Shown here in pieces: positions 8,681 through 15,338 of a stretch of 26,621 nt of DNA; the stretch's first letter is position 1, and each line of letters starts with the position of its first letter. The notes below the pieces were generated by a model. That model made no database searches. It worked only from the letters and a program-made list of their open reading frames with translations, and was not told where the DNA came from. The DNA lies in the IMG/VR virus record IMGVR_UViG_3300011337_000477, positions 1-26,621 of that record; one strand, written 5' to 3'. The translations under genes were made by a program, and so were the position numbers. This stretch comes from a virus (taxonomy: Duplodnaviria; Caudoviricetes).

Positions 8681-10503
8681 TGGCATACGGCAAAGTACGC
8701 GTCGATCAAATCCAGTCATCTACTCGCACAGTAGATGTCGATAACCTTGCGACCACTGCTGTAGCCACCACAAGCGTGGCGGGGTTGCTTAGCGCCACCG
8801 ACAAGACCAAGCTCGACGGTGTTGCTACTGGCGCCGAAGTCAACGTCAACGCCGACTGGAACGCCGGCAGCGGTGACGCCCAGATCCTGAACAAACCAAC
8901 GCTTGGCACCGCCGCCGCCAAGAACACTGGCACCGCCGCCGGCAACGTAGTCGAGCTTGACGGCAGCGCTCGCCTCCCGGCAGTGGATGGTTCGCAACTC
9001 ACCGGCATCAACACCGCCGGCACCGACCTCACCTACACGGCGTCTACCCGCCTGCTGGCCAGCAGCACCGGCACTGATGCCACATTGCCGCTGTTTACCA
9101 GCACTGATGCAGGCCTAGCCCCCTCAAGCGGCGGTGGCACCACCAACTTCCTACGCGCCGATGGTACGTTCGCAGCACCTCCCGGTGGTAGCACCGACCT
9201 GAGCTACACGGCATCCACGCGGCTACTTGCCAGCTCCACCGGTACGGATGTAACTCTGCCGCTATTCACCAGCACCGATGCCGGCCTAGTACCAAGCAGC
9301 GGCGGTGGAACGACCACATTCCTGCGAGCCGATGGCACCTTTGCAACAGCAGGCAGCCCTCCTGGCGGCAGTGACACGCAAGTCCAATTCAACGACGCTG
9401 GCGCCTTCGGCGGCGACGCTGGACTGCTGTTCAACAAGACCACCAACAAGCTGACCGCTGGCGGCGACGTAGAACTGAATGACGGTGGCACATTTACCAC
9501 CACGCTCCAGACGGTAACGCCCACAGCAGCCCGCACGATCAGTTTCCCAAATGCCACTGGCACCGTCGCATTAGTTGCAGGCTCTAGTGGGCAACTGCTT
9601 TATAACAATGCTGGGGTTAATGCTGGGGCATCAACGCTGACCTATGACGGCAGCATCCTGACCAGCTCTGGCAGGTTCATCAACAGCTATAACGCTGCTG
9701 GTATTGCATCTGCACCAGCTAAGGCTTTCACTGGCACTTGGTACATAACCGGCACTGCTACCACCACCAAGCCTCACCTGCTAATCGAGCCCACGGGCAC
9801 CACATCCACTGGCTGGAGCTCTGTTGGCACGGGCCTTGGTGTTAATGCAGCGAGTGGGTTTGCGGGGAACCTGCTGGATCTGCAGGTGAACGGAACGAGC
9901 CAAGCAAAGTTTACCAAAGAAGGAACATTATCTTTTGGGGCGTCAACAACTGTTGCTCCATCAACGGCGGGCGTCGGGAACTGGGTTGGAACACTTGCAT
10001 TATTTGGCAGTAGTGGCACGCTTGCTGCAACTGTATCCAGTAACACTTTCAATTTTTCCAGTGCTTACAGTCTTGAGTGGAATCAAGACACGCGCCTATT
10101 CCGCGACGCCGCCAACACCCTCGCCCTACGCAACACCACTAGCGCCCAAACCTTCCGCGTTTACAACACTTATACCAGCGGCACCAACTACGAACTAGGT
10201 AAGTTGGAGTGGTCATCCAACGTCTTCCGCATTGGCACGGAGAAAGGCTCCGGTGGTGGTACGGCTCGCACCGTTGAAGTTCACACTGATTCAATCGCAA
10301 GGCTGGCGCTCGACACCACTGGTTCTGTTCGTGTTGTCACTGCTCTAACTGTTGCTACCTTGCCCGGCACTCCTGCTGTTGGCATGGTTGCCCGCGTCAC
10401 TGACGCAACTGCCCCTGCTGTCGGCACAACTGTTGCCGGTGGTGGGGCTGCCGCTGCCCTTTGTTGGTACAACGGCGCTAACTGGTCCGTAATCGGAGTT
10501 TAA
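8680..10503 (+). CDS. Fibre protein (607 aa)
   Basis: TAATG overlap. Fibre-type motifs GLLSATDKTKLDG, ILNKPTLGTAA, LPAVDGSQLTG, FLRADGTF, VQFNDAGAFGG, RTISFPNATGT and C-terminal WYNGANW. Gly/Thr/Ala-rich. Confidence 0.8.
   Translation: MAYGKVRVDQIQSSTRTVDVDNLATTAVATTSVAGLLSATDKTKLDGVATGAEVNVNADWNAGSGDAQILNKPTLGTAAAKNTGTAAGNVVELDGSARLPAVDGSQLTGINTAGTDLTYTASTRLLASSTGTDATLPLFTSTDAGLAPSSGGGTTNFLRADGTFAAPPGGSTDLSYTASTRLLASSTGTDVTLPLFTSTDAGLVPSSGGGTTTFLRADGTFATAGSPPGGSDTQVQFNDAGAFGGDAGLLFNKTTNKLTAGGDVELNDGGTFTTTLQTVTPTAARTISFPNATGTVALVAGSSGQLLYNNAGVNAGASTLTYDGSILTSSGRFINSYNAAGIASAPAKAFTGTWYITGTATTTKPHLLIEPTGTTSTGWSSVGTGLGVNAASGFAGNLLDLQVNGTSQAKFTKEGTLSFGASTTVAPSTAGVGNWVGTLALFGSSGTLAATVSSNTFNFSSAYSLEWNQDTRLFRDAANTLALRNTTSAQTFRVYNTYTSGTNYELGKLEWSSNVFRIGTEKGSGGGTARTVEVHTDSIARLALDTTGSVRVVTALTVATLPGTPAVGMVARVTDATAPAVGTTVAGGGAAAALCWYNGANWSVIGV
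9019..9369 (+). repeat. Tandem duplication of a 57-60 aa fibre module
   Basis: 9019-9189 and 9190-9369 both encode xTDLxYTASTRLLASSTGTDxTLPLFTSTDAGLxPSSGGGTTxFLRADGTFA...PPGG. Confidence 0.92.
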
Positions 10504-10508
10504 TCCTC

Positions 10509-10742
10509 ATGGCTTCATTCACAATCACAATCGACGACACCCTGGCCCCTGGCATCATCGCCACGGCTTCCCTGGAGGGTAAGACCCCTGAGGAAGTGGT
10601 GGAGGAATACGCCACCAGCATGGCAACCAAAGTCTGCCAAGACCTAAAGGTTGGCCCCTACTACACCGGCCCCATCCCGCCACAGTTCAATGCTGACGGG
10701 ACGCCTTACAGTGCTCCTACCGAACCCGAGCCGGAGGTGTGA
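10509..10742 (+). CDS. Hypothetical 77-aa protein (possible fibre chaperone; RHH-like strand-helix-helix pattern)
   Basis: Starts 5 nt after the fibre stop, with a GGAG RBS. Sequence FTITIDDTLAPGIIATASLEGKTPEEVVEEYA. Confidence 0.65.
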   Translation: MASFTITIDDTLAPGIIATASLEGKTPEEVVEEYATSMATKVCQDLKVGPYYTGPIPPQFNADGTPYSAPTEPEPEV

Positions 10743-10743
10743 C

Positions 10744-10875
10744 ATGGACGCAACTTTTTTGAAAGTACTTGCAATCAGCGGTCTCTGTTACAACCTCTGC
10801 GTGTTACGGGATGCGTATAAGCGCCGAATCCCACTAGACAACGACACTACTCCGCCGGTTGAGGAGGGCGTATGA
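10744..10875 (+). CDS. Bridging mini-ORF, 43 aa
   Basis: GGAGGT RBS and an ATG 1 nt after the upstream TGA. Encodes MDATFLKVLAISGLCYNL...PPVEEGV. Its stop overlaps the next start (ATGA). Confidence 0.4.
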   Translation: MDATFLKVLAISGLCYNLCVLRDAYKRRIPLDNDTTPPVEEGV

Positions 10876-11651
10876 CGCTGATCGTCAAGCCGGGCTTCAA
10901 CGGTATGACTGATGCCGACGCCATTGCATACGTCAATGCGGTGGAAGCGGCTGATGGTCAACTGTTGGAGTTCGGTGTCGGCAAAGCCATCAACGACTTC
11001 GTGGTCGGCTGCAAACTGGACAACACCTGGTCAGCCATTAAGGCAAGCTGCATCCTTAGTGGAGCGCGTACTTTGGCTGGTGCTTTAATTCCGCTGGCGG
11101 GAACTGCGCCGACGAACAACGGCCCGTTTGTGTCTGGTGATTACAACCGAAAGACGGGGCTGGTGGGGAATGGCAGCACGAAGTATCTAAATAGCAACCG
11201 GAATAACAATGTTGATCCGCAGAACAACAACCACCAAGCCATCTGGATTTCAACATCGCCATCTCCTGGGACGGCAAGAATATATATAGGTGCTGGAGTT
11301 ACTGATACGGGTACAACTCATATTGTCATAGGGTCTGACAATACGTTTGGTACGCGAAACCGTAATGGCACAAACAACTCCCCTGTTTCGGCCGCCGTAA
11401 CAGGCTTTGCTGGCCATTCTCGCACAACTGCTTCGTCTTACACAATCAGAGCCAGCGCGACAAATTACAGTGCAAGCGTAACGTCTGAAACGCCATACGC
11501 AGGAAACGTTTTTGTCTTTGCTACTAATCCAGCTTCTTTCTTTACCAACGCCCGCCTAGCCTTCTACTCAATAGGTGAATCTCTAGACCTCGCTCTGCTG
11601 GATGCTCGCGTGTCAGCACTTATCACCGCATTTGGAGTAGCAATACCATGA
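10872..11651 (+). CDS. Putative virion adhesin / lectin-like beta-sandwich protein
   Basis: GAGGAGG RBS. Helical N-part (DADAIAYVNAVEAADG), an Asn/Thr/Ser-rich beta core and C-terminal ARLAFYSIGESLDLALLDARV. Function is inferred. Confidence 0.6.
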   Translation: MTLIVKPGFNGMTDADAIAYVNAVEAADGQLLEFGVGKAINDFVVGCKLDNTWSAIKASCILSGARTLAGALIPLAGTAPTNNGPFVSGDYNRKTGLVGNGSTKYLNSNRNNNVDPQNNNHQAIWISTSPSPGTARIYIGAGVTDTGTTHIVIGSDNTFGTRNRNGTNNSPVSAAVTGFAGHSRTTASSYTIRASATNYSASVTSETPYAGNVFVFATNPASFFTNARLAFYSIGESLDLALLDARVSALITAFGVAIP

Positions 11652-11692
11652 CCAACACCGAAACCTATAACACTAATCAAGAGGTGACGTGA
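11648..11692 (+). CDS. Bridging mini-ORF, 14 aa (MTNTETYNTNQEVT)
   Basis: ATGA overlap upstream, TGATG overlap downstream, and a GGAG about 9 nt before the ATG. Confidence 0.3.
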   Translation: MTNTETYNTNQEVT

Positions 11693-12639
11693 TGCCTATT
11701 TATGTACCGGGAAAGGTGGTGTTTCGCAAAGGAATGGGCACCTGGGCCGAAGGCGGCGACAATGTTTACTACATTGAAGTGGCCGGCGTTGCTTACCGCG
11801 TCCACGAATTTAAGACCGTTGGTACCACATCGCTAAATGTGGTAAGTGGGGGCACATTTGAGTATCTAGTTGTTGCTGGCGGTGGTGGTGGTGGCGGTTA
11901 CTCTGGAGCTGGAGGCGGAGCTGGAGGTTATCGCTCCAGTGTTTTTGGAGAAAGCTCTGGAGGTGGATCTTCTGCTGAGTCCCCCCTCATTCTTACCCCG
12001 CAAAGCTACACGGTAATTGTAGGCGCTGGTGGTAGAGGTGCTATCAGTGATAATTTAGCTGGAATAGGATTAGCAGGAGATAACTCAACATTTGCTACCA
12101 TTACATCTACCGGCGGTGGACGTGGAGCGATTGGTGGCGGCACCGGGGGCTTAGTTACTTCATCAATTGGTGGATCGGGTGGCGGCGGTGCATCCGGCTC
12201 AAATGCCAGCACCCATGCTGGATCAGCAGGAACAGCGAATCAAGGTTACGCTGGTGGTAATTCGCCAGGGGCGTCCGGGAATTATGTTGCTGGCGGCGGC
12301 GGTGGAGCTGGTGGGTTAGGAGTGACTCCTGCAAACGCTTCCGCAACTGTTGGCGGCAATGGCGGAATTGGCGTTCAATCTTTAATTACTGGCGTTGCTA
12401 CTTATCGAGCTGGCGGTGGTGGCAGTAGCATCGCTAATATTAGCGGGACAGTTTCTGCTGGCACTGGTGGATTGGGTGGAGGTGGAAACGGTGGAATTTT
12501 TAATTTTTTAGGAAATCTTGTTACTGCTGGGTCTGACGCCTTAGCAAATACTGGCGGAGGAGGTGGCGGCACTGGCTCTACTAGAGCATTAGGAGGCGCT
12601 GGCGGCTCCGGCATTGTCATCGTGAGGTACGCGATATGA
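11692..12639 (+). CDS. Glycine-rich domain virion protein (polyglycine-type adhesin candidate)
   Basis: Motifs YRVHEF, EYLVVAGGGGGG, GGGAGG, GLAGDNSTF, NTGGGGGG and GGAGGSGIVIVRY. The GAGGTG RBS favours ATG 11692; GTG 11689 is an alternative. Confidence 0.8.
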   Translation: MPIYVPGKVVFRKGMGTWAEGGDNVYYIEVAGVAYRVHEFKTVGTTSLNVVSGGTFEYLVVAGGGGGGGYSGAGGGAGGYRSSVFGESSGGGSSAESPLILTPQSYTVIVGAGGRGAISDNLAGIGLAGDNSTFATITSTGGGRGAIGGGTGGLVTSSIGGSGGGGASGSNASTHAGSAGTANQGYAGGNSPGASGNYVAGGGGGAGGLGVTPANASATVGGNGGIGVQSLITGVATYRAGGGGSSIANISGTVSAGTGGLGGGGNGGIFNFLGNLVTAGSDALANTGGGGGGTGSTRALGGAGGSGIVIVRYAI

Positions 12640-12695
12640 ACTACCTCAACTGCTTAGACACTGCCACTACTACTGCCTGGAGGATGGTGCCATGA
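12636..12695 (+). CDS. Bridging mini-ORF, 19 aa (MNYLNCLDTATTTAWRMVP)
   Basis: ATGA overlaps at both ends, and GAGGT precedes the ATG. Confidence 0.3.
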   Translation: MNYLNCLDTATTTAWRMVP

Positions 12696-13390
12696 GTTGG
12701 GTTATTACAGGTTCTGAGAAGACGCCGGTTGATCCGCAGTTTGGAAGTGTGTCTCTGCTGCTTCACGGCAACGGAACCAACGGCAGCACAACCATCACTG
12801 ACAACAGCCCCACACCTAAAACCGTTATCGCTGTGGGCAACGCGCAGATCAGCACGGCGCAGAGCAAATTTGGTGGGGCCAGTATTGCTTTTGATGGCAA
12901 CGGTGATGGGATCAATATCTCTGGAACCCATAATGCTTTGGCGATGGGCACCGTAGACTTTACTATTGAAATGTTTGTTTATCTTAATAGCCTAAAAAGT
13001 CAGAGTTTTTACGACACTTTGGCGCTAGGCTCCCCCGCTACGGATGGCATTAGGATAAGAGCTAGCGATACAGGCCAAGTTCAAATCTTCAGGTATGCTG
13101 GAGTGGTTATACATAGCTCAGTAAATCTTTCAACTGCTACATGGACTCATTTAGCGTTAGTAAAAACCGGGGCAACATTAACCTTGTATATATCTGGCAC
13201 TAATCGGGGTTCAACCGCCGACTCCGCAAACTATACCTGCGGAAGTAACCGACCCTCCATAGGTGTTGATGGGTATGTTTTTGACACCGGTTATCTTGAT
13301 GGCTACATAGACGAACTTCGCGTAACAAAGGGCGTAGCCCGCTACACCGCTAACTTCACCCCACCCACCGCCCAGTTCCCTGACATCTGA
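12692..13390 (+). CDS. LamG / concanavalin A-like lectin domain protein
   Basis: VSLLLHGNG, SKFGGASIAFDG, DFTIEMFV, WTHLALV, LYISG and GYIDELRVTKGVARY match the LamG-like pattern. GGAGG RBS. Confidence 0.85.
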   Translation: MSWVITGSEKTPVDPQFGSVSLLLHGNGTNGSTTITDNSPTPKTVIAVGNAQISTAQSKFGGASIAFDGNGDGINISGTHNALAMGTVDFTIEMFVYLNSLKSQSFYDTLALGSPATDGIRIRASDTGQVQIFRYAGVVIHSSVNLSTATWTHLALVKTGATLTLYISGTNRGSTADSANYTCGSNRPSIGVDGYVFDTGYLDGYIDELRVTKGVARYTANFTPPTAQFPDI

Positions 13391-13452
13391 CCCTGCCCTC
13401 GTAGTGTCCCCGACTAAGCAGCCACGCTTACTCGCGACCTGATCCACGCCTA

Positions 13453-13483
13453 CCGGGTGCTGCGCCAACGGCCCCGGCTTTCT
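13453..13483 (+). terminator. Probable intrinsic terminator closing the fibre cassette
   Basis: CCGGG-T-GCTG...CGGC-CCCGG stem followed by CTTTCTT. Confidence 0.55.
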
Positions 13484-13498
13484 TGTGTGCTGCGGTAG

Positions 13499-13505
13499 CT
13501 AGGCT
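13499..13505 (+). promoter_or_regulatory. Putative promoter -10-like motif CTAGGCT
   Basis: Immediately after the terminator and 19 nt before the ATG at 13525. Confidence 0.4.
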
Positions 13506-13524
13506 GTACCCGTGGCAAAAACCT

Positions 13525-13962
13525 ATGCTGACCGACGACCCCTCCATCTACTTGGCTGACTTCGGTGTCACTGTCACTGCCGGCGCCGTCACGGGTACGG
13601 GCATCCTCGACATGCCCAGCGAGATCCTGCTCGACAATCAAATAATCAGCACCGACTACACCGTCACCTGCGAGGCCTCCAAGTTTGGCGGCCTGCTTTA
13701 CGGCTCCCAGCTCACCGTTAACGGCGCCGCCTACGAAGTCCGCGCCGCCGTCCTCCTCACCGACGGCGTATTCGTCCAGCTAAGCCTGCAGCGCTCAACT
13801 GAGGTGCCCTACACCACCGTTCTCACCCCCATAGACGCCAACGGGCCTGATGCAGCTATCGACGACCTAGGCATCGCGCAGCTCGACCCCGAAATCGACG
13901 GTGGCTCGCCCATTTCCGCCTACATTGATGGCAACGATCTAGACGGCGGCGGGGTCCTATGA
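13525..13962 (+). CDS. Head-tail joining protein (lambda gpFII-like) with acidic DGG-motif C-terminal extension
   Basis: YLADFGVTV...GILDMP...STDY...LTVNGAAYEVR...DGVFVQLSL beta-barrel pattern and neck position. Start reassigned to ATG 13525, downstream of the terminator. Confidence 0.75.
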   Translation: MLTDDPSIYLADFGVTVTAGAVTGTGILDMPSEILLDNQIISTDYTVTCEASKFGGLLYGSQLTVNGAAYEVRAAVLLTDGVFVQLSLQRSTEVPYTTVLTPIDANGPDAAIDDLGIAQLDPEIDGGSPISAYIDGNDLDGGGVL

Positions 13963-14576
13963 GCAGCACAGCTCGCATAAGAGTTCGCCGTGGCACCGCC
14001 GCCGCCTGGACCGCCGCTAACCCCACACTGCTGCTAGGTGAGGTTGCTGCCGAGACGGACACTCTGCGCCTTAAAGTCGGCACCGGATCGACTGCTTGGT
14101 CCTCACTGCCGTACTACAGCCTCGCTGACACCGACCTTGTGCGCGGCCAGGTTAGCAAGATGGACAGCGGCACCATTGACATAGTTACGCAGGGCGTGTA
14201 CGTAAGCACGGGACTTACTGGCACCTTCGACAGCGCCACCGCAAACGGCATGACGCTTGGCACTGTGAACACCTTCGCCGTCAAGAACACCAGCGGCGCC
14301 ACCAAGCTGATGCAGATCTATGGCAGCATCGACGCCAAGACCGTCAGTGGCAACAACAAGGTCCTCGGCATCAAGTTGGCCAAGAATGGCACCGCCATAG
14401 ATCAAACTGAGTGCCGCGCCCTCACCGGCTCGGGCAACGAGGAAGCCAAGTTGGTCACCAACTGGATGATCAGCATGGCCGCCAACGATGAAGTAGCACT
14501 GTTCATCGCCAACCACAGCAGCAACGATGACATCACCCTCGGCCGTGCTCGCCTCGTCGCCACCGAGGTGCGCTAG
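13959..14576 (+). CDS. Protein with Mtd N-terminal-like domain and TNF/C1q-like beta C-terminal domain (collar/whisker candidate)
   Basis: RIRVRRGTAAAWTAANPTLLLGEVAAETDTLRLKVGTGSTAWSSLPY matches the Mtd-N/hyaluronidase-N pattern. C-terminus MAANDEVALFIAN. ATGA overlap. Confidence 0.7.
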   Translation: MSSTARIRVRRGTAAAWTAANPTLLLGEVAAETDTLRLKVGTGSTAWSSLPYYSLADTDLVRGQVSKMDSGTIDIVTQGVYVSTGLTGTFDSATANGMTLGTVNTFAVKNTSGATKLMQIYGSIDAKTVSGNNKVLGIKLAKNGTAIDQTECRALTGSGNEEAKLVTNWMISMAANDEVALFIANHSSNDDITLGRARLVATEVR

Positions 14577-15001
14577 TGGCCACCAAGCGCGAAAGCATAA
14601 TGCAGGCGCTATTTACAGCGCTAACCGGTACTACAGGCGTTAGCACCCGCATCTACCGAAGCCGCGTCGAGCCGGTGGCCCGCGCCGAATCCCCCGCCCT
14701 GGTCCTCGAACCAGTAAACGATGTGGTCGAGCAGAACACCTGCCTGCCAACCCTTGACCACACCCTCACCGTTCGCGTCGTCGTAATAGTCCGCGCCAAC
14801 GTCCCAGACCAGACCGCCGACCCCATAATCGAGTCGCTCCACGCCAAGATCGTCGCCGACTTGACCCTAGGCGGCCTGTGCATCGACGTACAGCCGGGGC
14901 CTACAGAGTTCACCCTCGAACAGGCCGACACCCCCGTAGGCGTCATCTACTGCACCTACCGCGTCCTCTACCGCACATCCGTAAGTGACCTGAGTGTGTA
15001 G
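14576..15001 (+). CDS. Tail terminator / tail completion protein (gpU-like)
   Basis: 141 aa before the tube gene, with KRESIM, RIYRSR, PALV, DLTLGGL and YRVLYRT motifs. Confidence 0.72.
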   Translation: MATKRESIMQALFTALTGTTGVSTRIYRSRVEPVARAESPALVLEPVNDVVEQNTCLPTLDHTLTVRVVVIVRANVPDQTADPIIESLHAKIVADLTLGGLCIDVQPGPTEFTLEQADTPVGVIYCTYRVLYRTSVSDLSV

Positions 15002-15043
15002 CTGCGCCGCTTCGCCATAGCGAAGCTATGCAAGCGCCGCCGC

Positions 15044-15050
15044 CTAGACT
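15044..15050 (+). promoter_or_regulatory. Putative promoter -10-like motif CTAGACT
   Basis: 24 nt before the ATG at 15075, and preceded by hairpin GCTTCGC-CATA-GCGAAGC (15009-15026). Confidence 0.4.
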
Positions 15051-15074
15051 CAAACCTAGTTACCACGCAATCGC

Positions 15075-15326
15075 ATGGCTAAGACTGAAGTAGCGCAGCC
15101 TGCGCCGGAAGAAGCGCCGCAGCACGACTTAATAGCGTCGCCTACGCCGGAAGTGGCGCAGCACGACCTAGCGCCGCAGCACGACTTAGTGAAGCAGCGC
15201 AGCCTAGTTGAAGTCGCCGCGTTTAGCGTTGTTGATGAGTTTCACGGGCAGGGGGGCTCTTACCTCCTAGACCCTGCAACAGGTATCCGCACACTCGTTG
15301 AGCGGACCAAACCCGCTTCCCTCTAA
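15075..15326 (+). CDS. Small hypothetical protein preceding the tail tube gene
   Basis: Repeat-built N-terminus (QHDL x3) and a compact C-terminal motif DEFHGQGGSYLLDPATGIRTLVERT. The true start is uncertain. Confidence 0.55.
   Translation: MAKTEVAQPAPEEAPQHDLIASPTPEVAQHDLAPQHDLVKQRSLVEVAAFSVVDEFHGQGGSYLLDPATGIRTLVERTKPASL
15119..15188 (+). repeat. GCAGCACGACYTA x3
   Basis: Copies at 15119-15131, 15158-15170 and 15176-15188. Confidence 0.85.
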
Positions 15327-15338
15327 GAGGAACAACCC

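Noticed and set aside
10651-10743. 5' part of track ORF 10651-10875
   Set aside because: It overlaps the 77-aa gene out of frame. The RBS and ATG at 10744 fit better.
13391-13408. Inverted resemblance (GTAGTGTC) to the GACACTAC spacer at 10843, suggesting an invertible shufflon
   Set aside because: Only about 8 bp match exactly, all cassette genes share one orientation, and no recombinase is in the window.
13483-13524. ORF-track N-terminal extension of the FII-like gene
   Set aside because: It begins in the terminator U-tract and spans the putative promoter. ATG 13525 is more plausible.
13959-14576. Diversity-generating retroelement suggested by the Mtd-N-like domain
   Set aside because: No reverse transcriptase, no TR/VR pair with adenine-specific mismatches and no C-type lectin C-terminus are seen in the window. 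The 9019-9369 repeat differs at synonymous sites of all bases.
15119-15188. Mini CRISPR-like array
   Set aside because: The repeats are only 13 bp, with irregular 26- and 5-nt spacers, are in frame with an ORF, and no cas genes are present.
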